Shown: positions 35,277 through 44,067 of the stretch, piece after piece | Layout: each line of letters opens with the position of its first letter | How positions within the stretch are numbered: position 1 is the first letter of the stretch | NCBI GenBank assembly: GCA_035644475.1 | Contig: DASQOL010000004.1 | Location: 1,288-65,287, forward strand | Reading direction: 5' to 3' | DNA length: 64,000 nt | Origin: Gammaproteobacteria bacterium | GTDB taxonomy: Bacteria > Pseudomonadota > Gammaproteobacteria > Steroidobacterales > Rariloculaceae | Notes under the pieces: generated by a model | Seen by the model: the letters and a program-made list of their open reading frames with translations, nothing else | Told to the model about the DNA's origin: nothing | Database searches by the model: none | Position numbers and translations under genes: made by a program

Positions 35277-35295
35277 GTAAATCCTTCGTAAATCC
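35277..35295. promoter_or_regulatory. Direct repeat GTAAATCC-N3-GTAAATCC (11-bp period) upstream of the response-regulator gene
   Basis: Two perfect 8-mers with one helical turn between their starts, 37-55 nt upstream of the regulator start. This is the architecture expected for OmpR/PhoB-family tandem binding. Confidence 0.4.
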
Positions 35296-35310
35296 GCGAC
35301 GTGGATCGCC

Positions 35311-35380
35311 GGAAAATGGGGACATGTTGCATTTTCCGCGGCGGCGCCGCGCGGAAAAGGCAACATGTCCCTGTTTTTCG
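35311..35380. repeat. AT-armed hairpin repeat, short-core copy
   Basis: Sequence is GGAAAATGGGGACATGTTGCATTTTCCG, core CGGCGGCGCCGCG, then CGGAAAAGGCAACATGTCCCTGTTTTTCG. It abuts the stop (35381-35383) of the upstream small ORF. Confidence 0.8.
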
Positions 35381-35647
35381 CTAGCCGCGCGGACGCGCGG
35401 GGGAGCTCGCGACGCGGCTCGCGTGAGCGTTCCGGCCGGCGGCGCGCTCCAGGCTCGCACTAACCGCGTCGAGGTGGCGCGCGACGTCGACGCGCATCGC
35501 CGCACGGTCGATCTCCACGGTCACGACCGGACGCTTGCCGTAGACGACGATCTCGTCCACCGCCTCGTCCGCCCCCGCGTGTCTCGCGCTCAGCAACGCG
35601 CCGGCGGCGAGCAATGCCGCCGGAATATTCCGCCTGTGGGTAATCAA
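35381..35647 (-). CDS. Small exported protein, unknown function
   Basis: TTG start at 35647, preceded by GGAG at a 7-nt spacing. Signal-like (M)ITHRRNIPAALLAAGALLSARHAGA. 88 aa. Confidence 0.45.
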   Translation of the reverse strand: MITHRRNIPAALLAAGALLSARHAGADEAVDEIVVYGKRPVVTVEIDRAAMRVDVARHLDAVSASLERAAGRNAHASRVASSPARPRG

Positions 35648-35784
35648 GGTTGTCTCCTTCCGTTGGAACAATTCGAAGACGGCCCGGTCGTCCCTGACCA
35701 AGCCGGCTGCCGGTGCAATTGCACGTGGCGTGCCACTGTCGGCGGCGAGCATTTAAGCCGAGTTTGATGACAGTTCAACGACTG

Positions 35785-35815
35785 CGGAGATCGTTTGCGT
35801 TGCAAACGATCTCCG
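35785..35815. other. Perfect 14-bp-stem hairpin/palindrome (loop GTT)
   Basis: CGGAGATCGTTTGC-GTT-GCAAACGATCTCCG, with no flanking U-tract on either strand. It lies in the 366-bp lower-GC spacer upstream of pspA. Confidence 0.6.
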
Positions 35816-36013
35816 AGTTGCACCGCCCGGCGCCGCGCGCGCGAGGAAGTGCGACGGGCGTCACATGTCCCATCGAGTGGCGCCCATCGAGTATCGAATG
35901 TGTAAACGTTCGGTAAATCGAGCCGCCGAGATTTTTCGTTTCGCTGCCTGGAGCGCAAGCCGCGCTGCTCCTAACCTCCCCGTCGTCGAAATTCATGAAC
36001 CCGAGGAGGCGTC

Positions 36014-36547
36014 ATGGCTCTCATCAACCGAATGTCGAGGTTGTTCACCGCGGACGTGCACGCGGTGCTCGACCGCATCGAGGAACCGGACGTGCTGCTC
36101 AAGCAGGCGATCCGCGAGATGGAAGAGGAAGTCGACGCGTGCGAGCAGCGCGCGCGACAGCTCGAGCACGAGCGCGATCGGCTCGCGGACCGGCAGCGCA
36201 AGGTTCAAGCAGCCCTCGCCGAGCTCGACGAGCAAGTCGGCGTGGCGTTCGGCGCCGACAACGACGAGCTCGCGCGCAAGCTCGTCAAGCGCAAGCTCGA
36301 GACCGCGCGGCTCGACGCGCACGTGACCGATCGGCGCACGGGCGTCGCGAAGGCGCTCGCGGAGCGCGTCGCGGCCCTCACCGAGCAGCGCGAGCGGCTC
36401 GACGTGCTACGGCAGAAGGCAGAGCTCTTGGCCGACGTGCCACATGCCCACGCCGGCGACGAATGGGGCAAGACCGACTTCACCGTCGGCGACGACGAGG
36501 TGGAGGTCGCTTACTTGCGCGAACGGCAGAAGAGGACGCCGTCGTGA
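36014..36547 (+). CDS. pspA: PspA/IM30-family protein
   Basis: The N-terminus MALINRMSRLFTADVHAVLDRIEEPDVLLKQAIREMEEEV is the hallmark PspA/IM30 helix alpha0-alpha1, followed by coiled-coil heptads. The RBS GAGGAGG is strong. Confidence 0.85.
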   Translation: MALINRMSRLFTADVHAVLDRIEEPDVLLKQAIREMEEEVDACEQRARQLEHERDRLADRQRKVQAALAELDEQVGVAFGADNDELARKLVKRKLETARLDAHVTDRRTGVAKALAERVAALTEQRERLDVLRQKAELLADVPHAHAGDEWGKTDFTVGDDEVEVAYLRERQKRTPS

Positions 36548-37134
36548 GCGCGGCGCGGTCTCTTTCGACGTCGAAGCGCCCGTCGCTCGGGCTCGGCGTC
36601 GGCGCCGGCTTCGTGCTGAGCGTGTGCGGCGCCGCGGTGCTCACGGCGCTGTGGCCGCTCGTCGGCTACGGCGCGGCGCTGCGCGCGGTCGTCGCGTTAC
36701 TCGGCCTCGCCTACGTGCTGTACGTGCTCGGCAAGAGCGGCGAGCGCGTCGGCCGCGTGACGACAGTCGTCGTGTGGACGCTCGCCGCCGCCGCGGCGTG
36801 GGCAAGCGGCATCCCGTTCGTCGGCTACGTGCTGGTCCACGTCGGGCTGATCTGGCTCGTGCGCTCGTTGTACTTCTATTCGGGCGTGCTGCCGGCGCTC
36901 GCCGACTTGGGTCTAAGCGTGCTCGGCGCGGCGTTCGCAGTGTGGGCGGCGCACCGCTCCGGCAGCGCCATGCTTGCGTTCTGGTGCTTCTTTCTCGTCC
37001 AGGCGTTTCACGTGCTGCTGCCGGCCGCGATCGCGGAACGCGGCGGTGGGCCCGCGGACGACGCCGACCTGAAATTCAACCGCGCGCACACGGCCGCCGA
37101 GGCGGCCATTCGCCGCCTCTCGACGGGCCGCTGA
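36544..37134 (+). CDS. Polytopic membrane protein, unknown function
   Basis: The GTG start overlaps the pspA stop (GTGA). About five hydrophobic helices. The track ORF 35995-37134 is over-extended through pspA in another frame. Confidence 0.6.
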   Translation: MSAARSLSTSKRPSLGLGVGAGFVLSVCGAAVLTALWPLVGYGAALRAVVALLGLAYVLYVLGKSGERVGRVTTVVVWTLAAAAAWASGIPFVGYVLVHVGLIWLVRSLYFYSGVLPALADLGLSVLGAAFAVWAAHRSGSAMLAFWCFFLVQAFHVLLPAAIAERGGGPADDADLKFNRAHTAAEAAIRRLSTGR

Positions 37135-37192
37135 CGCGCTCGCCCCTTCAAGTCAACCAAGGCCAACTCAACTCGACAATGGAGCAACCGTC

Positions 37193-38401
37193 ATGAAAAC
37201 GAAGATCCTCGTGTTAGCGCTCGTGCTCGCGACCGTGACGACGGTCGCGATCTATCCCACGTTGCGCGGCAACGCCACGGGCGTGACGCCGCCGAAGCCG
37301 CCGGTCACGCCGACACAGATCGTGCCGCTTGCGCAGAGCGGCAAGATCGACGTGGTGTTCGTGTTGGACACGACCGGCAGCATGGGCGGCCTCATCCAAG
37401 CCGCCAAGGAAAAGATCTGGTCCGTCGCCTCCACGCTCGCACAGGCGAAGCAGTCGCCCGAGATTCGCATGGGGCTCGTGGCCTACCGCGACCGCGGCGA
37501 CGCGTACGTCACGCAGGTCGTCGACTTGAGCAACGACTTGGACACGATGTACTCCACGCTGATGCGGTTCAACGCCGACGGCGGCGGCGACGGGCCCGAG
37601 AGCGTGAACAAAGGCCTGTTCGACGCGGTGTACAAGATGTCGTGGAGCGAGGATCCGCAGGCGTACAAGGTCGTGTTCCTGGTCGGCGACGCGCCGCCGC
37701 ACATGGACTACCAAGACGACGTGAAGTATCCGGAGGTGGTCGCCGCGGCGGTCCAAAAGGGCATCGTGGTGAACACGATCCAGTGCGGACGGGCGTCCGA
37801 CACGGTCACGCCGTGGCAGCAGATCGCTTCGCTCGGCCACGGCCGTTACTTCACGGTCGACCAGGCGGGCGGCGCCGTCGCGATCGCCACACCGTTCGAC
37901 GGCGAGCTCGCGAAGCTCGCGGCCGAGCTCGACTCGACGCGGCTCTACTACGGCACGGAGCGCGAGCGCGCGACGATGGACCGCAAAGTCGCGGCAACGT
38001 CGGAGCTGCACGAAGCGGCGTCGCCCGCCGCCCAAGCACGCCGCGCCGCGTTCAACGCGTCGGCGAGCGGCGCGGCGAATCTCCTCGGCGACAAGGACCT
38101 CGTCAACGACGTCGCGACGGGCCGCGTCGATCTCGCGGCTGTGCCGGCCGTGGAGCTGCCCGCCTCGATCGCCGCCCTGCCGCCGGAGCAGCAGGCGCAA
38201 GAGCTCAAGGAGCGCTCCGAGAAGCGCGAAAAGCTCCAGCACCAGATCAACGAGCTCGCGGGCGAGCGCGACGAGTTCATCGCGGCCAAGGTCAAGGAGC
38301 AAGGCGGCGCCGAGGGGTCGCTCGACGTGCAGATCTACGACGCCGTGCGCGAGCAGGGCAAGGCGGCCGGTTTGAGCTACGAAGGCGGCCCGAAGTTCTG
38401 A
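37193..38401 (+). CDS. von Willebrand factor type A (vWA) domain protein with N-terminal TM and C-terminal coiled-coil tail
   Basis: N-terminal TM helix. MIDAS-type VVFVLDTTGSMGG...DGGGDGPE...VFLVGDAPPH. The C-terminal region is rich in E/K/Q/A heptads. Confidence 0.85.
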   Translation: MKTKILVLALVLATVTTVAIYPTLRGNATGVTPPKPPVTPTQIVPLAQSGKIDVVFVLDTTGSMGGLIQAAKEKIWSVASTLAQAKQSPEIRMGLVAYRDRGDAYVTQVVDLSNDLDTMYSTLMRFNADGGGDGPESVNKGLFDAVYKMSWSEDPQAYKVVFLVGDAPPHMDYQDDVKYPEVVAAAVQKGIVVNTIQCGRASDTVTPWQQIASLGHGRYFTVDQAGGAVAIATPFDGELAKLAAELDSTRLYYGTERERATMDRKVAATSELHEAASPAAQARRAAFNASASGAANLLGDKDLVNDVATGRVDLAAVPAVELPASIAALPPEQQAQELKERSEKREKLQHQINELAGERDEFIAAKVKEQGGAEGSLDVQIYDAVREQGKAAGLSYEGGPKF

Positions 38402-38414
38402 CGGCCGCGCGGCG

Positions 38415-38463
38415 GGCGGCGGTGCGGCGATTCGCGCTCCCTACGAATGGCCGCACCGCCGCC
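38415..38463. terminator. GC-rich hairpin between convergent genes (candidate bidirectional terminator)
   Basis: GGCGGCGGTGCGGC (38415-38428) pairs perfectly with GCCGCACCGCCGCC (38450-38463), and an ATTCG/CGAAT extension lies within the loop. There is no clear U-tract. Confidence 0.4.
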
Positions 38464-38481
38464 GCGACCGGTTGCGATCAA

Positions 38482-39057
38482 CTAGCGCGCGAATACGCTC
38501 GACAGGTCGACGAATGCGTCGGTCGGCGCAATGTGCAAGTTCGTGAGATCGAACAACTTGGCCGTGGTGCGGTAACCGTCGGGATGCGGGTTGCGGTAGC
38601 GCGTGATCTCCTCGTGCTGGAGATCGACGAGCCACACTTCCGAAACGTGATGACTCGCGTAGAGCGCGAGCTTGACGTCACGATCGTACGGTGGCGAGGA
38701 ATCGGCAACCTCGACAATCACCATCACGTCCTTCGGCATCGGATGCGCTGATTTGTAGAAATCCGCTCGCGGCTCGAGCAGGGCGATATCCGGCTGGGGT
38801 TCGGACCACTCGTCGAGAGCGATGGGGCTCTGCACGGAGACTATCGCCGCATCGCCGACAGCGCGCTCGATGAGCCGCGCGATTTGCCGCACCACTCCCG
38901 CATGTCGACTCCCTATCGGCCCCATGTCGATGACGTCTCCGTCGATCAGCTCCACGCGTGCGCTCGGCGGCAAGATGCCGGCCTCGCCCATGCGGTGATA
39001 GTCGTCCGCCGTCAACCGATGACGGCGCGGAGCTTCGTGCTCTTTGGAGAGGGCCAT
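38482..39057 (-). CDS. Uma2-family endonuclease-like protein
   Basis: Sequence LTADDYHRMGEAGIL....VELIDGDVIDMGPIGSRHA...PQPDIALL...VMVIVEVADSS...D...KLALYASHHVSEVWLVD is the canonical Uma2/DUF820 pattern. Confidence 0.8.
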   Translation of the reverse strand: MALSKEHEAPRRHRLTADDYHRMGEAGILPPSARVELIDGDVIDMGPIGSRHAGVVRQIARLIERAVGDAAIVSVQSPIALDEWSEPQPDIALLEPRADFYKSAHPMPKDVMVIVEVADSSPPYDRDVKLALYASHHVSEVWLVDLQHEEITRYRNPHPDGYRTTAKLFDLTNLHIAPTDAFVDLSSVFAR

Positions 39058-39217
39058 GGCCGAAGGCTAGCACCGTGGGCGGCACGCGGCGAGCATCCAT
39101 GCTCGGCGCACGAGCGGAAACGGGGAGCCGCCTCTACCTTGACCTGCGCGGACATTTCTTGGATGTTTGGAGACGCCTAGGTCGAAGGAGCCTTGGTTTT
39201 CCGGGCAACTATTCGGG

Positions 39218-40648
39218 GTGCCAGAGGTGTCTTCACGTTCTAGGCCGAACATCGCGGCCGCAGTCCTGGCGCTCGCCGCCCTCTTTGGCGCGCCCGCGAG
39301 CTTCGCGCAGGCGGCGCCCGAGACGGATCGCCCCGCGACGGATCGCCCCGCGGTGGATCGCGAGGCGCAGCTGCTCGAAACGATCGAGCAGGAATCGCGC
39401 AACGGACGCCATGCAGAAGGCCTGGTCGAGCCGCTGTCGGCGCTGGCACTCCTCTATCAAGACCGCGACGACACCGTGCGGGCGGTCGCGACCATCGAGC
39501 GCTTGCTGGAAGTAATTCGCGCCAACGACGGCTTGCACTCGCTCGAGCAGGTGGAGCCGATTCGACAATTGATCGCGACCATGACCGCGCTCGGCGCCCG
39601 CGAGACCGCCTGGAACCTCGAACAGGACTTGCTCGCGCTCGCGCGGCGTCATCCCGACGACTTGCGGACCGTCCCGATCTTCCACGAAAGCGCGGACAAG
39701 AGGCTGGCCGTCCTCCACCGATACCTCACGGAGCAGCCCCCCCCGGAGATCGAGCTCGGCTGCTACCGCGGCTGGCCACACAGCGCCCCAGGACAGCTCG
39801 AAACGGCGAACTGCAAGTCGGGATCCAAGAAGGACGCGGCGCGCGCGCTCATCGTGGACGCCCAAAGGAACTACGCGGAGGCCATCGCCGTCATCCTGCG
39901 CCATGGGGACTTCTCGAGCCCCGGGCTGCGGGAGCTCGAGGCGGACATGGTCCGCACCGTCGATCTCGCGCGCACGGACGCGGGCCCGCTCAGCCTCGAT
40001 CGAGCTCGTCCCGACCAGGAGCCCTGGCGAAGCTCGTTCGACGCGATCGGCCGATTGGCGACGTGGCCTCTGCCGATCCCCGCCGGGGCACTGCCGCTCG
40101 AGATCGGCACGCCTCCCCCATTCCATTCCACTGGGATGCCCGGCGAGCACACCGGCGGATTCGATTACCTGCTCGCCAGAGAGAGCTTGAAGCGCCAGTT
40201 CCACTACGAGGGCGCGAGCTCGGCCTCGACGGAGATTCAGATCGAGGCGTTCGTTCGCATCGCCGATTGGGATCTGCTGAATTCGCAGAACACGATCGCG
40301 CTCGACGAGTACGAGCAGGCATACCGGCTGCTCGAACAGCGCGGGGACCGCGCGTCGATCGAGCGGGTATTCGCGCCGCCGATTCCGGTGTTGCTGCCGT
40401 GGTACTCCGCGAACCCGTTGTCCTCCGAGCAGGCCGGCGCGTCCGGCTACGTCGATGTCGCGTTCGGCGTCACCAAGTTCGGAGCGAGCCGGCAAGTCGA
40501 GATCCTCGACAGCACGACGAATGCGACCGACGCGGACAAAGCCCAGCTCGTGCGCTTGATCAAGAACAGCCGGTTCAGGCCTCGCGCGACGCCCGAAGGC
40601 TGGGGCCGCACGTCGGCGCTCGTCGTGCGCTACTACGTCACCGGGTAA
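39218..40648 (+). CDS. Exported protein, unknown function
   Basis: Signal peptide ...RSRPNIAAAVLALAALFGAPASFAQA, a helical repeat-like middle, and a C-terminal ~80 aa resembling a TonB-C/beta-sandwich tail (YVDVAFGVTKFG...RFRPR). The start is uncertain: GTG at 39218 or 39227, and the track start TTG at 39167. Confidence 0.55.
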   Translation: MPEVSSRSRPNIAAAVLALAALFGAPASFAQAAPETDRPATDRPAVDREAQLLETIEQESRNGRHAEGLVEPLSALALLYQDRDDTVRAVATIERLLEVIRANDGLHSLEQVEPIRQLIATMTALGARETAWNLEQDLLALARRHPDDLRTVPIFHESADKRLAVLHRYLTEQPPPEIELGCYRGWPHSAPGQLETANCKSGSKKDAARALIVDAQRNYAEAIAVILRHGDFSSPGLRELEADMVRTVDLARTDAGPLSLDRARPDQEPWRSSFDAIGRLATWPLPIPAGALPLEIGTPPPFHSTGMPGEHTGGFDYLLARESLKRQFHYEGASSASTEIQIEAFVRIADWDLLNSQNTIALDEYEQAYRLLEQRGDRASIERVFAPPIPVLLPWYSANPLSSEQAGASGYVDVAFGVTKFGASRQVEILDSTTNATDADKAQLVRLIKNSRFRPRATPEGWGRTSALVVRYYVTG

Positions 40649-40672
40649 CCCGTTTCCCACGCGAGGGCCGCG

Positions 40673-41224
40673 ATGTCGGAATACGCCGAATGGGAGAGCT
40701 TCTACGTGATCGTCGGCGCGGCCGCCGGCGCGCTGATCGGTTTGCAGTTCGTCGTTCTCACGCTGATCGCGGAGCGGCCGCATCCGCGCGCGGCGGAGGC
40801 GAGCGGCGCGTTTCTCACGCCCACGATCGTCTACTTCAGCACCGCGTTGTTGCTGTCCGGGTTACTGCGCATGCCGTGGCACACCGTTACCCCGGCCGCG
40901 GTGCTCTGGGGTGTCACGGGCTTGGCGGGCTTGATTTACACGGCGGTGGTCCTGCGCCGCATGTGGAAGCAGCGCGCATACAAGCCGGATCCCGACGACT
41001 GGGTGTTCTACGTCGTGCTGCCGCCGATTCCGTACGCGGCGCTGGTGGTGTCCGCCCTCGCGGCGCGCAACCATACGCACGAAGCGCTGCTCGGCGTCGG
41101 AGCCGCGTCGCTGGTGCTGCTGTTCCTCGGGATCCGCAACGCGTGGGACAGCGTGGCGTATCACGTGTTCGTGAATATGATGAGGCGGGGCGAAGCGTCG
41201 GACGAGAACAAGCCGGAGGGTTGA
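40673..41224 (+). CDS. Membrane protein, unknown function (about 5 TM)
   Basis: Hydrophobic helices throughout and GC3-rich codons. I recognise no family. Confidence 0.6.
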   Translation: MSEYAEWESFYVIVGAAAGALIGLQFVVLTLIAERPHPRAAEASGAFLTPTIVYFSTALLLSGLLRMPWHTVTPAAVLWGVTGLAGLIYTAVVLRRMWKQRAYKPDPDDWVFYVVLPPIPYAALVVSALAARNHTHEALLGVGAASLVLLFLGIRNAWDSVAYHVFVNMMRRGEASDENKPEG

Positions 41225-41248
41225 TCGCCGAGAGTCTGTCCCCTCGGG

Positions 41249-44041
41249 CTATTCGTAGCGCAACACGGTCATCGGATCGACGCGCGACGCGCGCCGGGCC
41301 GGAATGTAGGCCGCGCTGAGCGTGACAGCCGCGAGCACCGCGGCGGCCGCCGCCAGTGCGAACGGGCTCCCGGCTTCGACGCCGAACAGGAGGCTTTGCG
41401 CCGCATGGCCGAGGAGCCACGCCGCGCTCGCGCCGAGCACGATGCCCATCACCGCCATCCCCGCCACCTGCCGCAGCACCATCTGGCCGATGCGGCCCGC
41501 CGGCGCGCCGAGCGCAATGCGCAAACCGATCTCCCGCGAGCGCTGCGCGACGGAGTACGCGAGCACGCCGTAGAGACCGAGCGCGGCCAACGCGGTCGCG
41601 AGCACGGCGAACACGACCGAGGTTCCGGCGAAGAAGCGCTCCACTGCGATAATCTCGCGGAATTGCTGCTCCATCGGCTGAAGATTCGCGATCGGAATGG
41701 TCGGATCGACGCGAGTGACGGTATCGCGAATGGCGCTCATGACGTCATCGGACGGCAGCTCACTGCGAACATAGAAGGTCGCTGAGCCGGTGAATACCAT
41801 CCCGCTGGACGCCAGCACGAACATGTGCGGCTCGATCGCGTCGGTGATCTTTCCGATCCTCACGTCTTCGATGACGCCGACGATCTCGAACCGATAGACG
41901 GCCCTGACGGCTCGCCCGATGATGGCGTCGGGGACGAGACCGAGGCGGTCGGCGAATCGCCGATTGACGATCGCCGCCAGCCCGGAGCTGGAGCTCTTCC
42001 TGCCGTTGTCCGTGTCGCTGAGCTCACGGCCCGCGAGCAACTCGATGCCGAACACCTCGACGAAATCGCCGCTGACGAAGTCTAGGGACACCGGAAACTT
42101 TTCGCTCTCCATGTCCTCGACGGCCGCGTCGTAGATCGCCGCCCCCTGGAGCGAGAGCAGAGGACGCGCATTCGACCAAGCCACGGAAGACACGCCCGGG
42201 ATCGCCTCGAGCGCCTCTGCGAGGCGAGGTAGGGAGCTCACGTTCGTGGCTATCCCACCCCGGGGCGGCACGGAGAACATGACGACCGGATCGATATCGA
42301 AGCCGAGATCGAGGCGCGCAACGTTCGCGAGGCTTTGCGCGAAGCCACTCATCGTCGCGAGCAGCGCCATCGCCAGCGCGACTTGCGCCGTCGCGAGCGT
42401 GGCACGGAAGCGCGCGACGCCTTTGACTGTGGTCTGCCTCCCGCCATAGGCCTGCAACGCCTTCCCGGGCTCGGCCCGGATCAGTCCGCGGAAGGGAAGG
42501 AGCCCGACGGCCAGCGCCGACGCCACCGCGACGCCTACGCCCAAGAGCGCCGCTGTTGCGCTCACGCGGAGGTCGGGTGCCGCCGTGGAGATTCCGGGCA
42601 CCCAGCTCGCGCCGCGCAGGATCAACCACGCGACCGGGAGGCTCGTGAGCGCCGCCGGCAGCGCAAGCACGAGCGACTCGGCGAGCAGCAGCGCAGCGAG
42701 GCGCCCGCGCGTCGCCCCGATCGACGAGCGCAGCGCCATCTCGCCGCTTCGTGTGGTCGCGCGGACCAACATGAGCCCCGCGACGTTGGCGCAGCACAAG
42801 AGCAGCACCAAGCCGCTCGCCGCCCACAGCAGCCTAACGCCGTTGCGTGCGGGAGAGAGGATCCGGCTGCTCGTTTGCCCTCGCGCCCCGGGCTCGAGCA
42901 CGAGCGGCCTTAAGCGAAACGCCTCGCGCTCAAGTTCGTCGGCGTCGAGCAGAAGAGGCGCTTCGACGTCGCTTAGGGTAGCGCGATACAACGGATTGAT
43001 CGCGGCCTCGGCCCCTTCGCGAGTGACGCCCGGCTTGAGGCGCGCGAAGAGATGGACCCAGTGCAAGTTGCGACGGTCGTGATTCGGGATGGCCGTCGTC
43101 GCAGCGAAGCCATCGAGGCCACCGGAGAACGAGATCGTGATGGGTACGAACACGCTCGCGCGGGCGCCCACCGCCGTGCCGTGGAACCCGGGTGGCGCCA
43201 CTCCAACGATGGTCAGCGGCACATCGGCGACGAGGAGCGTGCGCCCGAGGACACCCGGATCACCGCCGAATTCGCTCTGCCAGTACGCGTGGCTCAATAC
43301 CACCGAAGTGGCCTGTCCGTCGACGCGATCGTCCTCGGGGCCGAGCAGCCGACCGAGCGCGGGCGGAAGCCCTAGCACCGAGAAGTAGCTTCCTGAAACG
43401 ATAGCCAGGGTCGCAAGCCGCGGACGCTCGCCGGTCGAAAGCGTTGCATCGAAGAAGGTGTGTGCGGCAAGCCCGACGAACGGCTCCTGCCCGCGCTCGA
43501 GATCGCGGAACATCGGGTAGCTGAAGAGGGTTTCGTATTCGCCGCTGGCGGACTCTCGCACCACCATAGACGTCAACGTCACCGGATCCGTTTGGGCACC
43601 CATCTGGACGAACATCTTGTTGGGATCGGTCAAGTTCACGAGGCGGTCCGGCTCCGGTGCGGACAGCGGGCGTAGCAGTGTTTGATCAGTCAGCGAGAAA
43701 ATTGCGACGTTGACGCCGATGCCGAGCGCGAGCGTCAACACGGCGACCGCCGTGAACGTCGGCTGCCGGCGCAGCGTTCTGAACGCATAGCCCGCATCTG
43801 CGATAAACGTTTCGACCGAGCCGAGCGCGAGCCTTTCACGCACGCGGTCTTTCGTTTGCTCCACGCCGCCGAGCTCGATGCGCGCGGCACGCCGTGCTTG
43901 CGCCTCGGTCACGCCGGCGCGCATCTTCTCAGCGGCGGAGCGCTCGATGTAGTCCGCGAGGTCGCTATCGAGCGCTCGCTCGATCTCGCCGCGCCGGAAC
44001 AACCAACGCGCGAGCGCGCGAATGCGGTACAGGATCGTCAT
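41249..44041 (-). CDS. ADOP-family duplicated orphan permease (MacB/FtsX superfamily, 930 aa)
   Basis: The N-terminus MTILYRIRALARWLFRRGEIERALDSDLADYIERSAAEKMRAGVTEAQARRAARIELGG is the hallmark ADOP leader. There are two FtsX modules (GEMALRSSIGATRGRL..., REIGLRIALGAPAGRI...). Confidence 0.9.
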   Translation of the reverse strand: MTILYRIRALARWLFRRGEIERALDSDLADYIERSAAEKMRAGVTEAQARRAARIELGGVEQTKDRVRERLALGSVETFIADAGYAFRTLRRQPTFTAVAVLTLALGIGVNVAIFSLTDQTLLRPLSAPEPDRLVNLTDPNKMFVQMGAQTDPVTLTSMVVRESASGEYETLFSYPMFRDLERGQEPFVGLAAHTFFDATLSTGERPRLATLAIVSGSYFSVLGLPPALGRLLGPEDDRVDGQATSVVLSHAYWQSEFGGDPGVLGRTLLVADVPLTIVGVAPPGFHGTAVGARASVFVPITISFSGGLDGFAATTAIPNHDRRNLHWVHLFARLKPGVTREGAEAAINPLYRATLSDVEAPLLLDADELEREAFRLRPLVLEPGARGQTSSRILSPARNGVRLLWAASGLVLLLCCANVAGLMLVRATTRSGEMALRSSIGATRGRLAALLLAESLVLALPAALTSLPVAWLILRGASWVPGISTAAPDLRVSATAALLGVGVAVASALAVGLLPFRGLIRAEPGKALQAYGGRQTTVKGVARFRATLATAQVALAMALLATMSGFAQSLANVARLDLGFDIDPVVMFSVPPRGGIATNVSSLPRLAEALEAIPGVSSVAWSNARPLLSLQGAAIYDAAVEDMESEKFPVSLDFVSGDFVEVFGIELLAGRELSDTDNGRKSSSSGLAAIVNRRFADRLGLVPDAIIGRAVRAVYRFEIVGVIEDVRIGKITDAIEPHMFVLASSGMVFTGSATFYVRSELPSDDVMSAIRDTVTRVDPTIPIANLQPMEQQFREIIAVERFFAGTSVVFAVLATALAALGLYGVLAYSVAQRSREIGLRIALGAPAGRIGQMVLRQVAGMAVMGIVLGASAAWLLGHAAQSLLFGVEAGSPFALAAAAAVLAAVTLSAAYIPARRASRVDPMTVLRYE

Positions 44042-44067
44042 GCGTCCTCCGGGGAAAACGCTTCGAG

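Noticed and set aside
35949-35963. Sigma-54-like promoter (TGGAGC-N5-CCGC) about 50 nt upstream of pspA, considered by analogy with E. coli pspA.
   Set aside because: Only the GG and GC dinucleotides and their spacing match. The flanking consensus positions (TGGCAC/TTGCA) do not match, and no PspF-like activator is nearby.
39323-39352. A 15-bp perfect tandem duplication (ACGGATCGCCCCGCG x2) inside the exported-protein gene.
   Set aside because: It is in-frame and simply yields TDRPATDRPA in a low-complexity linker after the signal peptide. It is probably a trivial slippage duplication.
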